This document shows, in pieces, positions 1-10,900 of a DNA stretch of 48,039 nt; within the stretch, counting starts at the first letter, position 1; the number at the start of each line of letters is the position of its first letter. The DNA is from Amoebophrya sp. A120 (Eukaryota; Protista; Dinoflagellata), in the NCBI GenBank assembly GCA_905178155.1, contig CAJINV010000007.1, positions 352,597 to 400,635 of the forward strand. The letters are read 5' to 3'. Below the pieces are notes generated by a model. The model saw only the letters and a program-made list of their open reading frames with translations. It made no database searches and had not been told where the DNA came from. A program made the translations under genes and the position numbers.

Positions 1-149
1 GCTTCTCATGCAAGCGATGCGAAACACGACTAGAATCTGCATCAGAAAGATTCATACTCCTTTTATGCATGACAAAAAGTTTTCATTTGGAAACTTCGCA
101 TCACAAATTTTTGCAACTTTGGGGGTGGGGGGCACTTTTCACTGTAATA
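1..149. mobile_element. Introner family D, right part (truncated by window)
   Basis: Highly similar to the right half of 20820-21124 and 39030-39340; ends ...CACTGTAATA. Confidence 0.85.
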
Positions 150-1997
150 CGTTTGATCACGAATTCGTCGAAGATGGCAGCTTTGTCAGAAGCACGCAGG
201 CGCACCGCCTCGGTCCGCTGGGCCCAGCACGCAAGAAAAGCAGCAACACCGACTGCATATCCTGTGGAAAAACATCCACATCCCCTAGTTAGTTTGTCAA
301 CAGGCCGATCTGCATGCTTAAAATGTCTCTCCTGTGGCGCCCACCCATGTTGAGACGCATTTTCTAGTCGTGCTTTGGAACTTGTGATCATGCTCAAGAA
401 ATCAGCAAAGTAAGTACTTTAGATCTTCTTTGACGCGGTTGCACGAGCTGAATACGATTGAATTACTCGCCCAAACTTGATGTCATGCGTAACAGCCACA
501 GCTTGTTGATTTGTCTTGCAGTAGATTTCCCGGCTTGACTATGTGTCATGCAAAGCAGCCAAAACTTGTGGCATGCAAAGCAGCCAAAACTTGTGGATTT
601 GCCTAGCCGATTCCCCATCTTGACTCCTAGGTTTGTGTTGCAAAATCCCCTAGGTTTGTGTTGCAAAATCCCCTTTTCGTAAAGAAAAGCACTTCGTAAA
701 GAAAAGCACTTCGTAAAGAAAAGCACTTCGTAAAGCAAAGCACTTCGTAAAAAGAAAGCGTAGCCATTGTAGCTCATGTAAAGACTCACAGCAGATACTT
801 CAACACACTAGCAGCGTGCGGGGGGGACCATTGTGGTCCCCCCCACCCGCTGCGCCTCTAAATAAAACACGCCAGGGAGTTTTCTTTTTTTTCCAGCAGA
901 GGCTGGCTGTGGGAAGTAGGGCATTGCCGGGGATTTGAAATGCAAATTATATGACGTTGGCACTGCGATTCTATTTCTATAGCTTATCTTGTGACGTTTA
1001 CATTTTGATTTTCTTTGGCTTTTCTCACTCTTTGGACAGCTTTCGCGTCACTTCATTGATTTTGCAAGTAATAGAAATCACCACGGAAAATGGAACGCGA
1101 ACGCGGAGTCGGAAACATTGAAAACGACCCCAAGCTCAACGGAAGCGCATGGAGGGTGGATGGGGGTTGCAAGATCTGCGCGTGCCGCTGCTGCTACAGT
1201 ATGAGGAAGACTAGGGCGTGGAGAATGCGCACGCGGGTGAGGAGGGAGGAAACGGGACCGAAACGAGAGCAAGGGGCGCAAGACGAAAGTGGATCGAGAA
1301 CCAACTTGCTGGAGCAGCGGACAAGAGCGGAAAGGAAGAATATCAAAACAAGATGAAAAAGCCTTTGATCCGCGCAATTGCTGGAATGTGAATGGCGTGG
1401 ACAGCGGAAGGGGTCTTTCACATTCCAGGAAACGCCCACCGCCCCCAATAGCTTCGTGATCCGAATGATGAAAAAAAATTTTAGAGGGGGCCGGGCAAAA
1501 AAAAAAAAAAAAAAAAATTTCCCGGCTTGACTATGGGAAGATGGGGGCGTTTTTACATATGACACTGCAACGATCGACGCAATCCTTACACCGAGAAAGC
1601 CTGCTATTGTGAGGAAAAATGCCCCCTCCCCATATCGAAAGCGAAACTTGTGTTGCTGTATTTGAGTACACAAATCCGAGCTGTCTTGTTGGAGAGCACT
1701 GCAGGCCCCTACGAAGTGTGAGTAGCGAGGCTTTGGCGTAGGCACTTAGCATGAAAAACATCCACGCTGTAGGCCCAACAGCATGACAAACCGCCTGCAC
1801 AATGCAGGGGAGCCTGCGGAGTTGCCTTCTTGCAAGACAGACGCGATTTGTGACCACAAATCAGCATCACAAATTTCCAAAAGTACACCTTTTCAGTATG
1901 GGGAGGGGGGATTTTTCCTCTCAATACCTGCGGATGCGTAGCTTCCCCCGCTGGTACTACACAGCGAATACTTCTTGGCGTTGATGTTCATCGGCAT
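1..1997 (-). CDS. Unknown signal-peptide protein family, paralog 1 (5' part; runs off the left window edge)
   Basis: Exons 1997-1927, 1599-1565 and 252-150, joined by excising TIR elements plus one TSD, give MPMNINAKKYSLCSTSGGSYASAGFLGVRIASIVAVGVAAFLACWAQRTEAVRL, homologous to the N-termini at 5849 and 13726. Confidence 0.8.
544..1516 (+). mobile_element. Putative retroposed insertion (SL-like motif, poly(A), 19-bp direct repeat)
   Basis: ATTTCCCGGCTTGACTATG at 525-543 and 1517-1535; 21-nt A run at 1497-1517; SL-like CGTAGCCATTGTAGCTCATG at 759-778. Confidence 0.6.
676..759. repeat. 17-bp tandem repeat TTCGTAAAGAAAAGCAC, ~5 copies
   Basis: Read directly from sequence. Confidence 0.95.
1605..1926. 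mobile_element. Introner family B
   Basis: TATTGTGAGGAAAAATGCCCCCTCCCCATA / TATGGGGAGGGGGATTTTTCCTCTCAATA; TSD CCTGC at 1600-1604 and 1927-1931. Confidence 0.92.
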
Positions 1998-2299
1998 TTT
2001 GGTCGAGAAGTGCAAGATAATGTAGAAAAACCTCGTAAAGAAAAAGAAGGGGCGTTGGTTTTATTTTGTGCTGCGGGTAGTCGTGTAGGATTTCTTACTA
2101 GGGTTTTTTACTAGGGCTTATCTACGAGGTGATAGATTGGGGACGAACGCTACTTGTTCACTCCAACTATACTACTGCTCAACAAAACAAGAGGCCCACA
2201 AGATCTTTCACCTCCAGAGATGATGATCTTAGCGGTTAGTTGTACTGGCGGTAAAAAAGAGTGCACAAAGCCGAGAAAAGTTGTGATGCGAAAAAGGGG

Positions 2300-2883
2300 G
2301 GTTTTCCTGATCAGCTTCCTGGTATTAATGCAATAAACAAGGAGGAGCAGTAGCTTCGCCATATTCATTCTGCGTTCGTCGGAAAATGATTTTTTTTTTC
2401 ATATTCATCGTCACTCGAATGCTTCTTGATCAGGTAAAAGATCTTCGGTGATTTCATAAAGAACTTTGATTTGTCTTGCGGTGCGCGTGCAGGAGACTAC
2501 ATCGAGGACCGAGCATTGTGATTTCACATAAAAACTTTCATTTGTTTTTCGGTGCACCAGGAGGTTCCGTACTACAACGAGGTGGACCGAGGACTGTTCA
2601 CACTTGACTTTATTTGTGGCGAATGACGTATTAATTCAGGCCGAACACCAACAAAGTCGCATCCATGAAAAGTTTCTTTCCACTCTGTGCACCTACTTCT
2701 CGATAGCTTGATTTGCGATGAGGAGCCACATCAAGCAAAGTAACGTAGTCCTACATTCGCAGCTTCAAGAGCGCTCTAAAGTATTGTAAAATCATACGTG
2801 CTGCTGTATGAAATTATCCTTAAATAAATCATACACAGTTTTTTTTCAAAATACCAGCCACATTCCGGGCACGATCCCCGAAT
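2300..2883. repeat. Segmental duplication copy 1 (upstream region of paralog 1)
   Basis: 2595-2883 is nearly identical to 6646-6944; 2300-2590 resembles 6240-6640. Confidence 0.9.
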
Positions 2884-3413
2884 TAGTTTAAAAATAGAAA
2901 TGATATACTTCTGGCGATAGCTGTTTTGAAACACTTCTCGGCAAACGACGTAGAAACAACTCTACATCACCGACCGGCGAAAATCCACTCGATTCATATG
3001 ATTTTTCTTTCAAATAATTCCATTTAGAGGCGCCGGTAGAAGTGAAGCACTTCGCTAAAGTATCTGCATCTTCATACCATCTGCTCTACGCCACGAAGAG
3101 GGCCCATAGGTTTCACAAAAACAGGTTTTTTGGTTTGATATTCTGAACAAGATTGGTCGGGCCGCTTTGATCTTGCTCTAACGAATATTATCAAAATAAA
3201 AGTCTAGACTGTTCCGATAAAAAAACGTCTCGCGCGGCTTGTTCACGTTTATACGCCACTGCGTCATTTTGATAAAACAAGTAGAAGCAGTATGCCAACC
3301 TCCGACTGTGGTGATCGGACCGCTACCATGCTACAAATACAATCCGGCACGAATCCTCTATCGCGAAGCGAAGTTTCGACCTCAAACTATTATCGCGAAG
3401 CGAAGTTTCGACC

Positions 3414-5849
3414 TCAAACGAGTCCTCTAGCGTGAAGCAAATCAAGGGGGAAAACGACTGGAACAAGCTTTGTTGACATACCTGCGACTCGACGCCTATC
3501 GGATGCAACGTCGGCCTCATTGCCGCCGCTGAGAAAATAAAGCACCGTTAGCTGCACCGGCGGGCCATCGTCGCCGTTCGCCGGAACAGTCCACGGCCGC
3601 AAGCGACATTGCGACGGACTGCGGCTGCGACTCTGGCTGCTACTCTGGCTGCTACTCTGGCTGCGACTCCGGCTGCGACTCTGGCTGCGGCCCCGCTTCC
3701 TTTCATTAAGGCTGCTGCATCAGTTGCAAATATCCCTGGAAGTCTGGCAACGTCAAAACTTGTGGTGAGCTGCCCTGTGGGATAAAAAAAAGACCTCAGC
3801 ACTGAACTCGTCAGCACGCTACGCCGTGCATTCCAGGCCTCATGGTCATGGGGCATGCGCATGAAAAGCCTGCATGACAAAGTTTACAATCTTTCGCACC
3901 ACATCCAGATCCAGGGATAAATATCTTGACGCGATGCATATGTCTAGCTGTCTGTATTCGACGCTTGTCGTACCATCATATCCAGAGTAGATGATAGTTT
4001 GTACTCGACGACCACCAGTCCGTTCCGGGGACGGGGACGCAGGCCGGGTCCACATTCCGAGATCTTGCTCCACCAAACGGAGCTTCTCGTCCACCAGCCG
4101 GCGCTTCTGCAACATCGCCCGCCTGAAACCACGCTCCGAAATCCGATCCGGGACTATCGCGTAAACCCTTCTAGAGTCAGGGAACAAAGGATTGATCCAT
4201 CGACCTTGACAACCAACCCATTCCTCCGTCAAAAACGTCTCCTGGTGCCGAAGGAGGAGAAATTGCACATCAAGAAGCTGCACCACCACCATTCGCTTCG
4301 CTGGCTCGGAAAGGGTCTGGAGACGGTCTTTCAACTCCTGCGTCGTCTCCCGAAGGGAAGTGGGCAAAAACGTGTTCATCTCCAACTCGGATATGTCTTG
4401 TTGTAGGGCTTTCTGAAGGTCATCACCGATACTCTCCGCGTCCATAACGCGACGCACCGTGTTGAGGTGGAGAAGCCGCCTGGTGAACGTCAAATAAACC
4501 TGCCGCAAGCGAATGATATTGGCATTGCCCACAGCTTCCTCGTACCTCGACGGGACCCTCTTTTCTAGGGTTTCCGCACTCACGAAGGCCCGACTGACGT
4601 CCTTCCTATAATGCAAGAATTCCTTCCACGCGTCCGGGGTCTGGCAGGGAGGGGCAAGGCCTCTGGCCTTCTCACCACCAGATGCGAGCGCGTCGCCAAG
4701 GCCTGTCCTCCAAATGTCCCTGATGGACCTGTAATCTTCCAGCACCTGCTCACTCACAAGTTCACCTGCGAGGCGGTCCTCCAAAAAACGCAGTTCCTGA
4801 TCGATTATAGAGCGCCTCTGCAACGTGTTCCGTGGCACCGTGTTCTGGACCACCCCTCCAACGGCAGCGGCCTCGTCCAAAAGCTTCGCCTCAAGCATCT
4901 CCTGGAGGTGAGACCGATCCTCTTTCAGAAGCTTCGCCCTCTCCCGCCGCACCTCAAACTCCACGTCCGTCTCCACTCGTCTGCCGGACCGCGTCTCCTT
5001 GTCTATGCGGGTATGAACCTCTTGAAGCCTCTGGTTCACAAGCAGATGATCCTTGACGAGCTGAGATGTCCACTCCTCCGCGGGAGCGCCGTCCTCCAGC
5101 AATTCTTGCAAAAGCAGGTGTCGAAATAAGGACGAATCTGTCGTCGAAGGTGAGGGTCTGAGAGGACGGTACTGCATCGGGAGGCCACTTAGGATCCCCT
5201 CTGTCTCGATAGCAGAAAAGCTTCGCAAGTGCAGATAGCGTGGTATTACTCGATCAAGCTCCTCCGGGGACAGAAGCTCCAGGTACCGCGTATGACCCGC
5301 TCAGGTGATACAATCTGCTCAGACATTACAACAAGTAGAAGCGCAGCTTTATTGTGATGCAAGCGGTGCGCGGCCACCTGGGTTCTTACTCTCAGAGGAA
5401 TATTACGCAAGACAAGTTCTGGAGTCCCAAACCCCCGCACAAAAATTTTATTAATCTGGCGAAATTTGTCTTGCAGAAGGCGGAGGGCTCTGCGATTCTG
5501 TCATGCTCGTCAGGCAACACAAAATCCACATTCTATTGTAGCAGTTGAGATCATTGTAACACCTGAGCACGCTATACTCCGAAAACGCTACATCTTCAAC
5601 GAAGCTAGGATCAGGCCACCGCGCCTCGTCCTCCTCCGGCCGCAGGGTAATCATCGCAGTGTCTCCATCAGCAGCTCCGCTACTAGCAGCTCCGCTTGCC
5701 AGACTTACCGCACCGGCCGACTGAGCGCAGCAAGCAAGAAGAGCAGCAGCACCGCCTGTAATCGACGCAACCCTTGCGGCGAGAAAACCTGCCGACGTGC
5801 CGCGCGCAGAGCCCTTCTTGGCTCTGTGTTTGTCTTTGTTCACCATCAT
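3414..5849 (-). CDS. Unknown signal-peptide/coiled-coil protein, paralog 2
   Basis: ORF 5451-5849 joins ORF 3846-5228 through a 339-nt intron (FSEY|LHLRS). Shares RRERAKLLK and R.LVD.KL motifs with paralog 3. 3' end uncertain: probable intron at ~3721-3934 followed by an SR-rich tail. Confidence 0.72.
3721..3934. mobile_element. Degenerate introner (boundaries uncertain)
   Basis: Inverted pair TATCCCTGGA (3731) / TCCAGGGATA (3910), internal GCATGACAAA, possible direct repeat TGCAT at 3716 and 3935. Confidence 0.45.
5238..5573. mobile_element. TIR-bounded non-canonical intron (distinct family)
   Basis: ATAGCGTG...CACGCTAT inverted ends, 3-bp direct repeat ATA; excision keeps the frame. Confidence 0.7.
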
Positions 5850-6239
5850 TTTGGATAAATTAGAAATGACGTTTTTCCACCTGCGGGGGTAGAATGACTA
5901 CAGAGAAGATGTATATACAACAAATTTATGGCGAAAAATCGAAATCTATTTGAAGGTCGTGACCTTGTTCTACAGAAAGAAAGAATGTTGATTTGTGGCT
6001 TGAAGAAAGATGATTCGAGACGAAAGTACAGCTATTTTTATGCGGTTTTAGTGCTGGTACAAAAGTGCTTAAAGTCGATAACGGTTAAATCCGAATCAGT
6101 GGCGTTTAGTTTTTTTAGATGATTTGCTTTTTGTGTACTAAATGAGCTCCTTATAATTCCACTCGTCCTGCTTCCAAAACAAACACAAACAAAAAAAAGC
6201 TAGCGACTGTTGCTGTCGATTGACCAATGCAAACGGTCT

Positions 6240-6944
6240 GCGGTTTTCCTGATCCTGATTATGCATACAAGGAGGAGCAGATTGGCCATATTTGTTCTGT
6301 GTTTGTCGGAAAATGATCTATCGATTGCTTCTTCAAGATCGCGTGAAAGAAGATCCTCGGTGATTACATAAAGAACTTTGATTTGTCTTGCGGTGAAGGT
6401 GAAGGAGCTTCGGTACTACAACGACGACCGGGCATTGTTCACACTTTTGTAGTGACGAATGATATGCTTCGTGCGCTTTTGCAGGTTTGTCTCGATCCTG
6501 AACAGTCTCCGCTGCCAAACGCGCAATTCTTGCGGTGCACGTGCAGGAGAGGACCGAGCATTGTGATTTCGCACAAAAACTTTCATTTGTTTTTCGGTGC
6601 ACCAGGACCAGGGCCTTCCGTACTACAACGAGATAGACCGAGCATTGTTCACACTTGACTTTATTTGTGGCGAATGACGTATTAATTCAGGCCGAACACC
6701 AACAAAGTCGCATCCATGAAAAGTTTCTTTCCACTCTGTGCACCTACTTCTCGATAGCTTGATTTGCGATGAGGAGCCAGAAGCAAAGTAATGTAAGTAG
6801 TCCTACATTCGCAGCTTCAAGAGCGCTCTAAAGTATTGTAAAACCATTATCATACATGTTGCTGTATACTAAAATTATCCTTAGATAAATCATACACAGT
6901 TTTTTTCCAAAATACCAGCCACATTCCGGGCACGATCCCCGAAT
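6240..6944. repeat. Segmental duplication copy 2 (upstream region of paralog 2)
   Basis: Matches 2300-2883; a fainter third copy lies near 13990-14040. Confidence 0.9.
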
Positions 6945-7908
6945 CGGCGTCCAACTACCGACTCTAGAAGGGTAGTTGACAACTTTTTCACTACAAACCC
7001 CGCAACGCTTCTTTGAGGAAAAGGCTTCACGTTCAAATCGCAATGGCCGCACCACCACTGACATAGAACGAGAAGAAGATCATGTTCAGCTTTAGTATGG
7101 TGAATTCGGAAATTATATGAAGAAAGGGAAAGCACGACTGTATGCCAACAAAAACTACTTCAGAAACCACATGCGCCTACTTGTGGCGCAAGCTGTTGCT
7201 GTGGTGATTGTAGGTCTCAACATGATCTTCATCCTCTCCGCCGTAGAAGGTGAGCAGCTACTAAGTAGTGGCACCGCCGAACTACACAAGTAACTTGCGT
7301 TCCTTCCTCGCGCTCGCTGCCTTTTATCGGCGGTACTTACAACTTTGTGGGTCTGGGTTCGCGCTCCCCATATGGATTATATTACTGCTCACATGAGATA
7401 TCGTACAGATGGATCATCAACACAATCTCGAGGATGATCGTCGTGGAGCTTTTGTTCAATACTTATACGTCTACATGCTTCTAGAAAAATTATACATGGT
7501 TCTGGTGCTGACGAGTCCGTTTTGGTGGAGAGAGACGAGAGGAGCACGTGGATTTTTAAAATACTGGTTGTATGCACTGTGATTATATCTCTTTTTTTTT
7601 CAATTTGATGAATAAAATATAGCCAGGCGCATCAAGAGGCTCGCCACTCCCTGGCCCAACGTGTGGCCCGACGTAAAATCCAAGAGAGCACATCACGCGA
7701 CTGTTGCCTTCTCTAAAACTGCCGGCAGTCTTCTACCTGCATCTTCTGATACTTATCATCTTCTGGTAATTACTTCACGCCAACGCTTTCGACGTCGCAA
7801 AATAGAAAAGCCTTTTCTTGTCTATTGTCTTGTGTTAAAGTTGTAGCGCTCGTCCTCGATTCCCCACGAAAAAAAATCAACAAATCCCTACCCTTCCGAG
7901 ACAACGAC

Positions 7909-10900
7909 TCACGGCTTCCCTTTGCAGCCGCCCGAAGGGTATCAAGTGTAAAAATGTCTGGGTCTGGAAGAATGCGCGATTTGTCATGCTGCTTTTCCAT
8001 GACGATGACCCATGAGGTCTGGAATGCCGGAGCTAGCATGACATATTCTGCGAGAACTTTCTAGTGCCTATCCTGCATGAGAAACTACCTCCCGACTTGG
8101 TCAAAATTGGGCGACTTTTGGTAATCATCGTTCGTTCGTATGGATCGGCTCTGCCGACCGGGTGACCCATCGCCTTGCATATAAATGACCGACATAGGCG
8201 ATCCCCGTTACGGGACATACATATTGGCCGTACGGAAGGGCCCTAGGCGCTACATACATAGTTCATCCTAGCGCCTACCACTTCGGTCGGGACTAAGTCA
8301 GCCTGGTCCTGGGGGTTCACAGCGCACTAGCCATCTGCTAGCATAAACAGACTGGGTTTTACAAACTGTAACTGATCTAACATCTCATAACAGTGAGGCC
8401 ATCATAAAGGTGCGCTAAAACGAGTTCGGGGCGCTCCGTACGGAAGGGAGCCTTTCGACGCGGCGCACACTCTCCTGTAGAGTTTTACGCGGAACACGGA
8501 TGGGCCGCGCACGCAACTCAGTCGAGGAGGACACACGCTCCCTCAATAATAGAGGTGGTAGTCACTCACGGCGGCTGGCCTGTCTGAAAACGGTAATCCC
8601 CACCTCCCATCTTCCCGGTTCGTCAATGACTCTGGCAAGCCATGTTACTTAGACTCCCCGCACATGCAAATATGGGACGGCGGGGGGGTTTTAAAAAGAG
8701 CTCTCGCCGTCCTTGATCTACTATAAAAGAAAAAGCCCTATAATTTCGGCGAGGCTGTTTAACTATTCGCTAGCTGATGGCCTCCTGTATAGTAATGGTC
8801 TCCCTTTTCTCCTCCTTTCCCCTTTCTCAATTTAACTCGCCTGCATCCTCCTGCTAATTTAACTCGCCTCCCCATTTATCTCGCTGAAAGCTCCGTCCTC
8901 AATTTCACTCGCCTGCCAATTTATTCGCGACGCCTACGGCTTTACTTCGGCGCATGGTGTGAAATCTTCGCGGCTTCTCTTCTCAGCTCCTCGACCTCTG
9001 CGCAGCGTTTTGCACTGTTGCCTTCGTTTTTTTTTTTTTTGGATCCGCGCCGCGCTTCAGTTTCAGTTTCAGTGGAGCGCCCCACCGGGCGGAATACTTC
9101 TGGTGGTAGACGTGGCCCAGGGATTTGTGGCTTCGCGCCGCGACGACTTGATGGGGGTCCCGCACCCCCCCTCCGTTTCCAAAAATGCAGTTTGTGCGTG
9201 AATGCTGCAAAACCTCCGACACCGCGGCACAAGAAGGAACAAGCTCCTCTTCACCATACACAAACCCAAAGAAGGAAATCTTCGGGATGAGGATATTGAT
9301 GACCGCAATCAATGACGCCAATGGCAACTACAACCCGAAGTAGGGGAGGGGTAGCTACTCCCGCACAACGCGCTGAATTCGCTTTGTACGTGTCGAGCCG
9401 GTAGCAGCGGCACACGTCCGACACAGCTTTTTTCACGTCGACGAAGAACTTTTTTTTTTTTGCTGCATCGGAAAACCCTAAACACCTAAACCCATCTATT
9501 TACTGCGGGAGGAAGCAGCCCCGGATTTTGTGCGACGAAGTTCGTAAAACGGTCAAAAAATTATTGTAGTGGTTACGCTATTGACTGTGTGCGCGCTTCA
9601 AAAAAACTTAAGCCCACACAGGTCCGCATTTAGCTACCGCCCGCCCTAAATGAGGCACGTCCTAACCCCGGTGGCAGCGAGGCAGTTCTTTTTTTTTGAA
9701 AATTACGCCGGGCGTTTGCAGGATAGCAGTAGCCGCAGATGCAAACCTGCGGCTGCTAAGACGGTTGTAAAATTAAATAGCACGAATAGAGTACTTTTAT
9801 TTGTACAAAGCGAAGTACTACGAACGAACGAGGGGGGAGGGGCGGGACCGTTGAACCCCCTGGCAAAAATCATGTCGCTCTGCTCTCCACCGGTGGAAAT
9901 CGAAGCTCTGCCCCGAACGATCGCCGTCTTCTGATATCAAGTGATAGACCCATACCCCCCAAGCAACAACCCGCTGGCTAGGCGGAAAAAAAAGAGAAGC
10001 CCCTGCGAGGACGCGGGGTCCGCGGAACGACTAGCGCTACAAGGCGTGGATCAAGTAAGACTAAGTGCGAAGACCACTAGGAGACGACAAAAGACTGTAA
10101 AAGGGTAGAGACCTACATCTACATGGGACAACACCGGGCACGGGGAAGATCTAATTTTTTAAAGGCGAAGGAGCGTACGAATTTGCGATCTAGCTCCTTG
10201 GACAAAACAAACGAAGAGCGGCAAAGGCGAAGTGCTTAATAACGACTACAAGATGGCAGGAGTCATACAAAGCATACATAGCAGCAGCAAGCAAATCGGA
10301 TTCGCATTGCTGTGCACCGGCAGAAACTTCAATCACAACGAAACCCAACCCCTCAGCCGCGAAGCCGAAGGGCCGGGGGCCTGGCACCTAACTCGAGGTT
10401 TGGAGTCCAAGCACCGACGTCCTGTTCTTGACATCTTGTTCTTTTGTAAGGCATGACTGCAATTCTTTTGTAAGGCATTGCAATTCTTTTGTAAGGCGCT
10501 TGTTTCTCTGAGTGCGGTCGATCTTCTTGGCCTATCGTCGTCGCCTGTTTGAAAGTTTGGACATTTTTGAGGCGCCCCGCGATTCGCCTGAAGCTTCTCG
10601 GGGTGATCTTGGCCCTGTCGCGTTCGTTGGCAAATTAAGGGATCCCCTGGAGATCCTTAATCTGACTGCGCTGAAACGATCTTAGAAGTATGAGGGCAGG
10701 ATCTTAAGACGAACGCGCCGGGTCATATTTTCCGGCAGTCCTCGAGCCTGCCGGGCCTTTTCTTTTTTAATTCAAACGGGAAATAGTGTTTTCGTTTTTT
10801 TCTATGATTTCGATGCTGTGCGTTTTTCAAAAATCTCCGGAGTGCATTTCTCAGACTTTTCAGTCGCTCGGCCTGGTGTCCGATTTTCGGTCCGTCACTA

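Larger units (their letters stand above)
258..1564. mobile_element. Introner family C with nested ~970-bp insertion
   Basis: Left TIR TATCCTGTGGAAAAACATCC, right GGGCGTTTTTACATATGACA; TSD CTGCA at 253-257 and 1565-1569; excision restores the signal-peptide frame. Confidence 0.85.

Noticed and set aside
8084-8800. Group I/II intron, hammerhead, RNase P/MRP or telomerase RNA identity
   Set aside because: No diagnostic core (domain V, P7 R/S, CUGANGA...GAAA, CR-I/CR-V, CCCUAAA template) was recognisable; kept only as an unidentified structured segment.
10081-10240. YIYMGQ as a GIY-YIG endonuclease motif
   Set aside because: The frame is only about 50 codons between stops and lacks the first motif.
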